Source of the DNA: Saccharolobus solfataricus
GTDB lineage: Archaea; Thermoproteota; Thermoprotei_A; Sulfolobales; Sulfolobaceae
Length of the DNA stretch: 32,000 nucleotides
Assembly: GCF_900079115.1 (NCBI RefSeq)
Contig: NZ_LT549890.1
Coordinates: forward strand, 1 to 32,000
Reading direction: 5' to 3'
This document shows positions 8,520 through 16,553 of the stretch, in pieces; the stretch's first letter is position 1, and each line of letters begins with the position of its first letter. Both the position numbers and the translations under genes were made by a program. Under the pieces are notes generated by a model, which was not told the DNA's origin, ran no database searches, and was given only the letters and a program-made list of their open reading frames with translations.

Positions 8520-11444
8520 TTGAAGGTGATTTCGGTGAAAAAGAGTTTGATAATATTACTTTTTGTAATATTATCTCCTATAACATATTTAACATTACCA
8601 CTATCCTCACAATCCACTCCTATTCAAGGATATGCGACAAGTAGTGAGTTGATAACACCCGGCGAAATTGAGGTACCAATAACCTTTCATTTGATTAACT
8701 TAGGTCAAACCTTAACTGAGGTTACAATAACCCCTGCAGATACTTATCCGTTTTACCTTTACCCCTATAATAATGGAACTGAACTTACACACATACCCTT
8801 GTGGAATCAAGGACAGACAGTAAATGTTACTTACTTGTTTGATATAGCTAGTACTGCTAAGACTGGTACATATACTGATGTAGTTGTAGTTCAAGGTATC
8901 ACTACCTCTGGTACCCAAGTAACTTATGATGTTTTAGTACCAGTAGTAATAGCTGGCTATGTTAATTTCTCCGCATCATCAGTATGGGGAACAACATCAA
9001 ACCCAATGGTAGTAGGACCAGGAGAAAACAACATCCCACTAACAATAATACTACAAAACTTAGGTAATTCGTTAGTCACCAATATAACATTAGAACTAAA
9101 CTCACAGTTTCCAGTTGGATTCCTACAAAATAACGCTACAATTTCCGCAATACCAGCAGGATATTATGGAGAGGTAACTGTAATGACTTCAGTATATCCT
9201 AATGCAACTGAAGGTTTGTATTACATCAAGCTAAATGTAATATACTATCATAATGCGACTACTACAGTATTAGTACCTATTGATATAGGATCATCTAATC
9301 AAGTGTCACTAGAGGACGCATGGGGTACACCATCAGACCCGATGGTAGCTGCGCCTGGTGAAACTTTACTTCCCCTCACTATTTACGTAAAGAATCTTGG
9401 CGAGAACCTACTATCCAATGTCATGTTAATATTGCAATCTCACTATCCAATTCAATTCCTCCAAAATTACACAATGATAGGTTTCGTACCAGCTGGAGGT
9501 TATAATTACGTTACAGTAGTAGCAAACGTCTATAAGAACGTAACACCTGGAGTATATTACGTACCAATAACCTTAGTGGCATACGATGGAGGGTTCATGC
9601 AGACTTTTGAAATGCCAGTCTACGTTTTAGGCTATGTTAATTTCTCCGCATCATCAGTATGGGGAACAACATCAAACCCAATGGTAGTAGGACCAGGAGA
9701 AAACAACATCCCACTAACAATAATACTACAAAACTCTGGGATAGTTACTGTAACTAACGCAACCTTGTTCCTACAATCACAGTATCCGGTACAGTTTCTA
9801 CAGAACAATGTAACCCTTGGGAACGTCCCAGCCGGCTATCCTATACCAGTAACAGTACTAGCAAACGTTTATCCTAACGTAACAAATACCGGTGTTTACT
9901 ACATAACCGCAAAAGTGATGTATTACGATGGTGTGATACAATATGTAAAGGTCCCAATATATATAGAGTCACTAAATCAAGTTTCGGTAGAGGGTATATG
10001 GGGTTCTTTATCTAATCCAATACTGGTAGCTCCGGGTGAGAACAATGTACCACTAACGCTAGTGATAAAGAATCTTGGTGAAAACCTACTATCAAACGTA
10101 AGCCTAATATTGCAATCTCATTATCCGATACAATTCCTCCAGCAAAACGCCTCCGTTGGTTTCGTTCCCGCTGGTAGCTACAATTACGTAACAGTGACGG
10201 CCAACGTGTTTCCAAATGCAACTCCAGGAGTATACTACATACCAGCAACCCTAGTGGCTTATGGTGGATTTAAGGAAAACATAATGATAACTGTTGATAT
10301 CCTAGGATATGTTACAATACAAGCTCAAAGCTTGTGGGGAGAAGTAACATCCCCAATAACGGTCTCCTCAGGTGAGACTGATGTACCTTTAACGGTTTTA
10401 CTCAAAAACACTGGTGACGTTAATATTCTTAATGCTACCCTAGTTTTCCAGAACGTAGAGTATCCATTAATCTTCCATCAGGCCACTGCACAAATCGGTA
10501 TTGTACCAGCTGGTCAAGAGAATTATGCAACAGTTACTGTAAGTGTGTTTCCAAATGCAACTCCAGGAGTATACTACATACCAGCAACTCTATATTACTT
10601 CAATCATCAAACCACAATAACAGTTCCAATAACAATTTATTCACCTAATATTTCAGTAAATTTAGTAACTATTCCACCTCAAGTATTTCCTAGCTATTAT
10701 GATGTTAGATTATTGGTAATTTTAACAAACTTTGGAGGTGGTATAGCGGAAAACGCTAACGTGAGCATTCAATCACCATTCCAAGTTATATCTTCTAATC
10801 CACTACACTTAGGAGCACTACCAGTGGGAGTCCCCATCAATGCCACATTTCTTATTAATGTTCCAAATAATACAGTGCCTAAAATCTACATTGTAAACAT
10901 TACTATTAACTATGATGGTGGAAAAGAAACGTATCAATATCCATTACAGATATATCCCAAGGCTAATCTGATAGTAGTAGGAGTTTCTTATCCTTCACTA
11001 AGTGCAGGAGACAGCAACGTGCCAATTACAATAACTCTTAAAAACGCTGGAAATTCGACAGCTAAGAACGTTATAGTTAGGCTAGGAACTTCCAATCTAA
11101 TATATCCTCATGTGAGTTCATCAAACCCATTGCAAGCATTAACAGCATCTGAGGTATTCGCTGGAGATATTGCACCCGGACAAGCAATAAATGTAACTTT
11201 TGTAGTCGATGTAAGTGGTGGAGCGTCTGCTGGAACTTACCCATTAGCAATTGCTTTGATATGGAATCAAACTGGTGCACTATTTCCATTTGAGCAGTCT
11301 GATACATTCTACGTAACAATATCTCCTCCATTCTATGAACAGTTCTTTAAATCACCTATTGGCATAATAACAATTATAGTAATAATAGTTATAATTATAG
11401 TGATTGCTGCCGTACTCCTAAGAGTAAGAAATAAAAGAAGATAA
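8520..11444 (+). CDS. Large modular extracellular glycoprotein: signal peptide, about 8 CARDB/COG1361-like modules, C-terminal TM anchor
   Basis: N-terminal hydrophobic signal (KKSLIILLFVILSPI). Modules of ~110 aa share WG..S.P..V.PGE...PLT....N.G and VPAG...VTV...V.PN.T.G.YY. There are at least ~25 N-x-S/T sequons. The C-terminus IGIITIIVIIVIIIVIAAVLLRVRNKRR is a TM helix plus basic tail. The TATA box (TTTAGATATAT, ~8505-8515) suggests the true start may be the in-frame GTG at 8535 rather than the TTG at 8520. Confidence 0.75.
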   Translation: MKVISVKKSLIILLFVILSPITYLTLPLSSQSTPIQGYATSSELITPGEIEVPITFHLINLGQTLTEVTITPADTYPFYLYPYNNGTELTHIPLWNQGQTVNVTYLFDIASTAKTGTYTDVVVVQGITTSGTQVTYDVLVPVVIAGYVNFSASSVWGTTSNPMVVGPGENNIPLTIILQNLGNSLVTNITLELNSQFPVGFLQNNATISAIPAGYYGEVTVMTSVYPNATEGLYYIKLNVIYYHNATTTVLVPIDIGSSNQVSLEDAWGTPSDPMVAAPGETLLPLTIYVKNLGENLLSNVMLILQSHYPIQFLQNYTMIGFVPAGGYNYVTVVANVYKNVTPGVYYVPITLVAYDGGFMQTFEMPVYVLGYVNFSASSVWGTTSNPMVVGPGENNIPLTIILQNSGIVTVTNATLFLQSQYPVQFLQNNVTLGNVPAGYPIPVTVLANVYPNVTNTGVYYITAKVMYYDGVIQYVKVPIYIESLNQVSVEGIWGSLSNPILVAPGENNVPLTLVIKNLGENLLSNVSLILQSHYPIQFLQQNASVGFVPAGSYNYVTVTANVFPNATPGVYYIPATLVAYGGFKENIMITVDILGYVTIQAQSLWGEVTSPITVSSGETDVPLTVLLKNTGDVNILNATLVFQNVEYPLIFHQATAQIGIVPAGQENYATVTVSVFPNATPGVYYIPATLYYFNHQTTITVPITIYSPNISVNLVTIPPQVFPSYYDVRLLVILTNFGGGIAENANVSIQSPFQVISSNPLHLGALPVGVPINATFLINVPNNTVPKIYIVNITINYDGGKETYQYPLQIYPKANLIVVGVSYPSLSAGDSNVPITITLKNAGNSTAKNVIVRLGTSNLIYPHVSSSNPLQALTASEVFAGDIAPGQAINVTFVVDVSGGASAGTYPLAIALIWNQTGALFPFEQSDTFYVTISPPFYEQFFKSPIGIITIIVIIVIIIVIAAVLLRVRNKRR
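8955..9060 (+). repeat. 106-bp perfect direct repeat, copy 1 (intragenic)
   Basis: GGCTATGTTAATTTCTCCGCATCATCAGTATGGGG...ATACTACAAAACT is identical base for base to 9630-9735. The offset is 675 bp, or 225 codons. Confidence 0.9.
9630..9735 (+). repeat. 106-bp perfect direct repeat, copy 2 (intragenic)
   Basis: Identical to 8955-9060. It encodes GYVNFSASSVWGTTSNPMVVGPGENNIPLTIILQN in both copies. Confidence 0.9.
10206..10249 (+). repeat. 44-bp perfect direct repeat, copy 1 (intragenic)
   Basis: GTGTTTCCAAATGCAACTCCAGGAGTATACTACATACCAGCAAC is repeated exactly at 10545-10588. It encodes VFPNATPGVYYIPAT. Confidence 0.85.
10545..10588 (+). repeat. 44-bp perfect direct repeat, copy 2 (intragenic)
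   Basis: Identical to 10206-10249. Confidence 0.85.
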
Positions 11445-11460
11445 AAATATCTTTAAAATT

Positions 11461-11616
11461 ATGATAAGAGCTTTTCTACTTTTAACATTGTTTTTTAGAC
11501 CAATTTATTCGGAGTTAGCCTTAGTCCTCTCTTTAATACTCATACTATTAATACTTCTTCTTTCTTCTTTATCCTTATTAATAAAAATCTTAAGGCTACT
11601 GAAAAATATATATTAA
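11461..11616 (+). CDS. Possible 51-aa hydrophobic micro-protein (below the ORF-track cutoff)
   Basis: ATG...TAA ORF translating to MIRAFLLLTLFFRPIYSELALVLSLILILLILLLSSLSLLIKILRLLKNIY. It starts 17 nt after the surface-protein stop. Its low-complexity Leu/Ser composition means it could be spurious. Confidence 0.2.
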   Translation: MIRAFLLLTLFFRPIYSELALVLSLILILLILLLSSLSLLIKILRLLKNIY

Positions 11617-12107
11617 ACTAGAAACTAAAGAAAACATGTTAGGGTAAAATCTGTAATTTAATGATGCTGTTAATTTTACATAGGTTGAAAATAATGAAGT
11701 TAAATGGTTTATCGTTAGAATACGATAGAGCATTTGACTTAACAAGACTTTGAATGTAAGTTAGAAGATCTTTTAATAACTGCTTTGTGGACTTGTTAAT
11801 TTTCGCATAGGGTTAAGAGGTCTTGCAAACATAAACTGTACATATGATCACTAATTGAAACAAAGATAATAGTAAGCTTAATGAAAAATATCCAACATAT
11901 CAATTAAGCGTTTAACAATCATTTCTTTATGTAGAAGAAGTGGATTTTCTTTAGATCTAGCATTGATATATATTATCGTTATACATAATATAGAATTTTT
12001 AATTAAAAATTAAAAATATAAAAATATAATTATCATAAACCTATAATATATGCAAGCTTGCGATAGCTTAGAGGAAAAATTATAAGTTTCTAAGAGTTTC
12101 TCTGAAA

Positions 12108-12725
12108 ATGTATATGATCCTAGAATTACTTAACATAATTGGTATAATTGCATTTACAATTTCTGGTTCTCTTAAGGGAACTAATAAGGGACTAGATATT
12201 TTTGGTGTTGTAACTCTAGGTGTAATAACTAGTTATGCCGGAGGTATAATTGCAGATATCTTACTGGGCATATATCCACCACAGATACTAAAGGAATTGA
12301 ATTACCTACTACTAAGTGTAGGTATTTCCATTTTCGTCTTTTACTTCTATAAATGGTTACAGACTAATCCTATAAAGATGATAATTGCGATAAGTGATGC
12401 AGTAGGACTTTCAACTTTTGCTACATTAGGTGCATCATTAGCTTACTCTTATGGGTTAAATCCAATATCAGTTGGATTAATTGCGGCTATTGTTGGCACT
12501 GGTGGAGGTGTGATAAGAGATGTTCTTGTAAACGAAATTCCTATGGTACTTACAAAGGAAATATATGCTACTGCAGCCCTTCTTAGTGGATTTATATACT
12601 ATTTCACTACTCCTTATTTACATCATGATAGTTTATTTGTAGCTTTTCTGGGTTCATTTTTATTGAGAATACTTTCAATAAAATACAATTTTAATTTACC
12701 TAAAAGGGAAGACAACAAAAGCTAA
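12108..12725 (+). CDS. UPF0126 / TRIC-family membrane protein (YadS/YicG-like)
   Basis: Two internal repeats, each with a glycine-rich helix (GIIAFTISGSLKG; GGGIIADIL / GGGVIRDVL), typical of UPF0126. About 7 TM segments. TATA (AAAATTATAAG) lies ~27 nt upstream of the ATG. Confidence 0.7.
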   Translation: MYMILELLNIIGIIAFTISGSLKGTNKGLDIFGVVTLGVITSYAGGIIADILLGIYPPQILKELNYLLLSVGISIFVFYFYKWLQTNPIKMIIAISDAVGLSTFATLGASLAYSYGLNPISVGLIAAIVGTGGGVIRDVLVNEIPMVLTKEIYATAALLSGFIYYFTTPYLHHDSLFVAFLGSFLLRILSIKYNFNLPKREDNKS

Positions 12726-12731
12726 TCCTTG

Positions 12732-12911
12732 CTATCTCTTTATATAGTAGAAATATCTCCCTCTTCTGCCTACCTTATTTTCCTTAATAAGTTGGGACAA
12801 CGCATTGTAAACTTCTGGGGCAGGGTACGGTATATATTTCAATAAGTCATTAAATGTTATCCACTCCCTATCCTTTATTATTTTTTCTACAGACTGTTTA
12901 ACATCTTCCAT
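12732..12911 (-). CDS. 59-aa winged-helix-like small protein (missed by the 60-aa ORF cutoff)
   Basis: Minus-strand ATG at 12911 and TAG at 12734-12732. Translation: MEDVKQSVEKIIKDREWITFNDLLKYIPYPAPEVYNALSQLIKENKVGRRGRYFYYIKR. The pattern is helix-turn-helix followed by a basic beta-hairpin 'wing'. A TTATTTTA box is centred about -27 from the ATG. Confidence 0.45.
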   Translation of the reverse strand: MEDVKQSVEKIIKDREWITFNDLLKYIPYPAPEVYNALSQLIKENKVGRRGRYFYYIKR

Positions 12912-13014
12912 ATATATTATAATATAACTAAATGTAAAATAAGTTTGTGTTAAAAAGGTTTGTAGATGTGTTATAAGATAATTTTATATTTATGGTCAAT
13001 CTTTTACCACTGCA

Positions 13015-13638
13015 TTGTTATTATACTTTAAGCCTACCAAAAAAGAAAGAGATATAAACGTTGCTTTGGAAATTGTATCTGAGTTATTCGCTTCGAGAAT
13101 TGGTAAACTAATGGGTTTGCCTATTCTAGAAGTGTCTTTAATAAAACATGGGGATGAAATAGGATTATTAATGGATTATTTACCGGATAAAGCTACAGAG
13201 CAGAATATATATAATTTAGATGAAATCAAGATGAGTTTAGCATTTGAAGAATGGATTCTAAACATAGATTTAAAAGAGGATCATGTACTATCAAAGAACG
13301 GAAAGGGATTCATCATTGATCATGGACATTCATTGTCTGCTTGGAAACCATTATACTATATAATACAAATCATAGATAAAAAGGTAAGTAGATTTAATTT
13401 GTGGGCTAGTGAGGATGATTTTAGAGATGGAATAGAACTGTTATCGTCAATAGATCATAATACTATATCTGAAATTCTTAAGGAAAGCTTCTCCGAGGTA
13501 GTTGAGAGTAATTTCTGCAAATTATTTACTAGGGAAGTTGCTGCCGAGTACATGGACTTGAATATTAAGATTTTGGAAAAAAGAATGAAATATCTGAAAG
13601 ATGGTAAGATTTTATTTACCTATAATTATAGGCAATAG
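13015..13638 (+). CDS. Hypothetical protein with HipA-like / PI3-4-kinase-like catalytic motifs
   Basis: EEWILNIDLKEDHVL followed by FIIDHGHS resembles the catalytic-loop and DFG-equivalent (IDHG) arrangement of HipA-like small kinases. The TTG start at 13015 fits a TATA (TTTTATATTTA, ~12981-12991) about 26 nt upstream. Confidence 0.35.
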   Translation: MLLYFKPTKKERDINVALEIVSELFASRIGKLMGLPILEVSLIKHGDEIGLLMDYLPDKATEQNIYNLDEIKMSLAFEEWILNIDLKEDHVLSKNGKGFIIDHGHSLSAWKPLYYIIQIIDKKVSRFNLWASEDDFRDGIELLSSIDHNTISEILKESFSEVVESNFCKLFTREVAAEYMDLNIKILEKRMKYLKDGKILFTYNYRQ

Positions 13639-13995
13639 AAATATAGCAAACATTAGATTAAAAAATACAATTATAGTTATTATTGTATATAGCTTATTTC
13701 TCTCTGACGCAAACTGCGCAATCCCTAATAACACTCTAAGTACGGGGGTAGCTATTAGAACCATTAAGCCTAAGTATATATAATCTAAACCGTATAGCTT
13801 AGGCAGTCCACTAAATATTTCAGAGGGTTTGAAAATTGAACTATTAACAATTGAATTTGAACTTGATATCTGAGTGATAGTAAAGCCGTTTGAACCATTA
13901 TTCACAAATAGTAGAGCAACTCCGAAAATTATTATTATTGCACTAATTATTACGCCTATTCTTAACGTATTACCTATAATATTGTTAAAGTCCAT
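13612..13995 (-). CDS. DUF1634-like small membrane protein (usual partner of TauE/SafE)
   Basis: 127 aa with 3-4 TM helices. Overlaps the upstream TauE gene by 11 nt. This pairing is the common gene arrangement for the family. Confidence 0.55.
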   Translation of the reverse strand: MDFNNIIGNTLRIGVIISAIIIIFGVALLFVNNGSNGFTITQISSSNSIVNSSIFKPSEIFSGLPKLYGLDYIYLGLMVLIATPVLRVLLGIAQFASERNKLYTIITIIVFFNLMFAIFLLPIIIGK

Positions 13996-14845
13996 ATCCG
14001 AACCCCCTTAGTATCATTTGAATTCCTAGAAAGATGAGAATTGCAGTAAAAATGTACCTTATAGTTTTATTTGTAACTCTAACTAATATTTTAGTCCCAA
14101 CAAACGCACCAATTAAAACACCCAATGCAGTACCTGCTGCCAAAAATGGCTGTATGTATCCGAATATCCAGTAAATTGAGCTCCCAGTTGCAGCTGTCAC
14201 GCCAATCATGAAGTTACTAGTAGTAGTACTAACTTTCATCGGTAAGTTCATAGCCCAATCCATACCTAAAACCTTGAGCGCACCGGAACCTATTCCCAAC
14301 AAACCAGAGATGAAACCAGCAAAGAACATAATTATTTCACCTAACCACCATCTAACACCATGATATTCAACCTCTTGTTTTAGGACTGTATCGTAATATT
14401 TCCCATAGAGCTCAAAAACTCTAGTTGTCCAATCTGGCTTAATGGGTTTAGGAAGTTCAAATTTAGACTTAGCAAGTTGTACATAAACCTGGGAAAGTAA
14501 GACAATTCCAAAGACAATGTATACTATAAATTCCAAGTGATGAGCGTAAATATAGGCCACTGTTAAGGCTCCAGCTATAGAGCCTGTTGTAGTAGCTATT
14601 TCAAGTCCCATTCCTATTTTGACGTTAGTTATTCTATCCTTAACGTAAGCACTTGCTGCACCACTAGAGGTTGCTATGGTTGAGATTAGACTAGCTCCAG
14701 AAGCATAGGCAATAGGCACATTTAGATATAATGTATAAATTGGTACTAAAAACGTGGCTCCACCTAAACCGGTTAAAGCGCCTAGTATACCTGAAAGAGC
14801 ACTTATTAGCACAACTGTAACAAAAAATTCTATTGGCGTCAACAT
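13985..14845 (-). CDS. TauE/SafE-family (DUF81) anion/sulfite exporter
   Basis: 286 aa, ~8 TM. Duplicated glycine-rich motifs (GALTGLGGATFLVP; GLLGIGSGALKV) are characteristic of TauE/SafE. Confidence 0.7.
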   Translation of the reverse strand: MLTPIEFFVTVVLISALSGILGALTGLGGATFLVPIYTLYLNVPIAYASGASLISTIATSSGAASAYVKDRITNVKIGMGLEIATTTGSIAGALTVAYIYAHHLEFIVYIVFGIVLLSQVYVQLAKSKFELPKPIKPDWTTRVFELYGKYYDTVLKQEVEYHGVRWWLGEIIMFFAGFISGLLGIGSGALKVLGMDWAMNLPMKVSTTTSNFMIGVTAATGSSIYWIFGYIQPFLAAGTALGVLIGAFVGTKILVRVTNKTIRYIFTAILIFLGIQMILRGFGYGL

Positions 14846-14884
14846 AAAATATACTACTAACTAAATGGTTATTAAAGTATTCTA

Positions 14885-16279
14885 TCACTCTTCATCATAT
14901 TCAACTGGATCTTTAAGTCCATTGATCCTAAACGCCATCTTCCTCATATAACAAGGCCCACATTTCCCACAATGTTTTTGCCCACCTTCATAACAGCTCC
15001 AGGTCAAATGTAGTGGGGCACCAATTTCGTATCCCAGCTTTACTATTTCGTGCTTTACTAAATTACCAACTGGCATTAATATCTCAATTCTCTTGTTTGG
15101 ACCAGTTGCATATGGGCTTAACTTATTTAACATCCTTATGAATTCCATCTCGTTATCTGGATAAGCTCCAGCTTCCTCTAAATTTATTCCAGATGCTATG
15201 GCATCATATCCATAGGCTTCGGCAATTGCTAATGAAACAGAGAAGAAAATTAGATTTCTTGCAGGAACCCATTCATGTGCAAACTCTGCTCCTTCTTCTC
15301 CTTTCCTATCCTTAACTATCTCTCCTCCTCCCTTTATTAACGTGGCATGACCTATTATTTTGAATAAATCTGTATTTATTTCAAGCAGTGGTATTTGCAA
15401 ATATTCGGCAATTTTCCTCACGGCCTCTCTTTCCTTTTCCTCAGCCTTATGGTGGTAATTAAAGTGTATTAGAGTAACTTCATGACCTTCTCTTAGAAGT
15501 TTAGTTGCTGCTACAGTGGAATCTAACCCACCACTTGCCACAACAAGTACCCTATACTTCTTTCTTTTTTCCATGATAGGCAACGTAGTTATTAGTTTAT
15601 TCGAAGTGACCATTACTACCGAATATGGTTCCAATTTAGTTATATTTACTGGGTCGAATGGTTTTGCATCAAAATATTCGTCAAGAGATGTAAAGAATAG
15701 GGACTCCAACGAGTGGTCATAAGCCATGTATAATGGCTTAAAGTTCTGAGCTAGAAATATTCTATCAGGGTTTTTCTTATCTCCTATAACCAAAGCAAAA
15801 CTTCCTTTGATTTGCTCTAATATTCCCTTTAGTGCTTCAAGATTACCGTCCCACGTCTTGTCCAAAAGTAGTGGAAGAATTGCACTATCTATCTTAGTTT
15901 TTCTTTTTAATTCATATTTTTTCTCTAATTCTAAATCATTTGCGATTATTCCATTATGAGTTACAATATATCTGTCTCCAATAAAAGGTTGAATGTCGTC
16001 CTCAGTTTTCTGTCTAACGTATTCAGTAGTGGGTTCTGCCCTATTATTAGCTATGACAACCCTAGAGTCTTCATCTAAAATGCCGTATAGTAATTCCTCT
16101 TTTTCTGAGGGCTTTCCTATGGATTTTCTTACTTTTACTGTACCATCCTTTTGAATTACAACAATACCAAAACTGTCCCTACCCCTATCTTCTGCCTTTT
16201 TGAGGATACTAGCTAATTTCAGCTCAACTTTCTCAAAATTTTTAGGGTTTAATATGAGGACTCCAGATACACTGCACAC
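14885..16279 (-). CDS. queC: GAT-QueC fusion: class II glutamine amidotransferase domain fused to a QueC-like PP-loop ATPase (crenarchaeal archaeosine pathway type)
   Basis: N-terminal MCSVSG (Ntn Cys). PP-loop [14 protein letters not shown]-terminal zinc Cys cluster [20 protein letters not shown] as in QueC. Confidence 0.8.
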   Translation of the reverse strand: MCSVSGVLILNPKNFEKVELKLASILKKAEDRGRDSFGIVVIQKDGTVKVRKSIGKPSEKEELLYGILDEDSRVVIANNRAEPTTEYVRQKTEDDIQPFIGDRYIVTHNGIIANDLELEKKYELKRKTKIDSAILPLLLDKTWDGNLEALKGILEQIKGSFALVIGDKKNPDRIFLAQNFKPLYMAYDHSLESLFFTSLDEYFDAKPFDPVNITKLEPYSVVMVTSNKLITTLPIMEKRKKYRVLVVASGGLDSTVAATKLLREGHEVTLIHFNYHHKAEEKEREAVRKIAEYLQIPLLEINTDLFKIIGHATLIKGGGEIVKDRKGEEGAEFAHEWVPARNLIFFSVSLAIAEAYGYDAIASGINLEEAGAYPDNEMEFIRMLNKLSPYATGPNKRIEILMPVGNLVKHEIVKLGYEIGAPLHLTWSCYEGGQKHCGKCGPCYMRKMAFRINGLKDPVEYDEE

Positions 16280-16298
16280 TTGTTTATACCTTTATAAC

Positions 16299-16520
16299 TT
16301 ACCTAAAAATCTGTCTAAACTCTAATTTTATCATAATTAGGTCTTCTTCTAAATTTTCGCCATCGACCATGGAGAATCCATATTTAGACGCTATGAAGGG
16401 AATGCTTTCTAATGTGTCTTCTGTTGTCACAAACGTAACAATATCTCCTAATTTACATTTGTCTTTCTGTTTAGATAGAAATGTCTCTACATCTTTTGTA
16501 CTATTAAGGATATCCACCAT
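16299..16520 (-). CDS. Small hypothetical protein (73 aa), first gene of the GAT-QueC transcription unit
   Basis: Only 19 nt separate it from the GAT-QueC start. A TATA (AATTTTATTAACT on the - strand) lies ~26 nt upstream. [13 protein letters not shown]...[10 protein letters not shown] weakly resembles TusA/SirA-fold proteins but lacks the CPxP cysteine. Confidence 0.5.
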   Translation of the reverse strand: MVDILNSTKDVETFLSKQKDKCKLGDIVTFVTTEDTLESIPFIASKYGFSMVDGENLEEDLIMIKLEFRQIFR

Positions 16521-16553
16521 ACTTTTAACCTACATGAAATAGTTAATAAAATT
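16521..16553. promoter_or_regulatory. 33-bp divergent promoter region with two interleaved TATA boxes
   Basis: TTTTAA (16523-16528) lies ~27 nt from the GTG at 16554. TAATAAAA (16544-16551; reads TTTTATTA on the - strand) lies ~26 nt from the - strand ATG at 16520. Confidence 0.4.

Noticed and set aside
8900-10600. Regularly spaced identical DNA repeats that could be mistaken for a CRISPR array or MITEs.
   Set aside because: They lie in frame inside one continuous 974-aa ORF and encode the conserved core of protein modules. Spacing is 675 bp, not 60-70 bp, and no leader or cas genes are present.
11655-11720. C-box-like AATGATGC and ATGAAG elements in the long intergenic region, considered as a third C/D sRNA.
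   Set aside because: No CTGA D or D' box lies at the required 12-nt spacing, and the C box itself is imperfect.
11990-12050. Extremely AT-rich block (TTTTTAATTAAAAATTAAAAATATAAAAATATAATTA), considered as a replication origin or DNA unwinding element.
   Set aside because: I could see no repeated ORB-like elements flanking it and no cdc6/orc1 or whiP gene adjacent. It is more simply explained as promoter-proximal AT-rich spacer.
12732-13638. Interpreting the small wHTH ORF plus the HipA-like ORF as a hipBA toxin-antitoxin operon.
   Set aside because: The genes are divergent rather than co-transcribed, and the kinase assignment rests on two short motifs only. Kept as a low-confidence regulator-kinase pairing instead.
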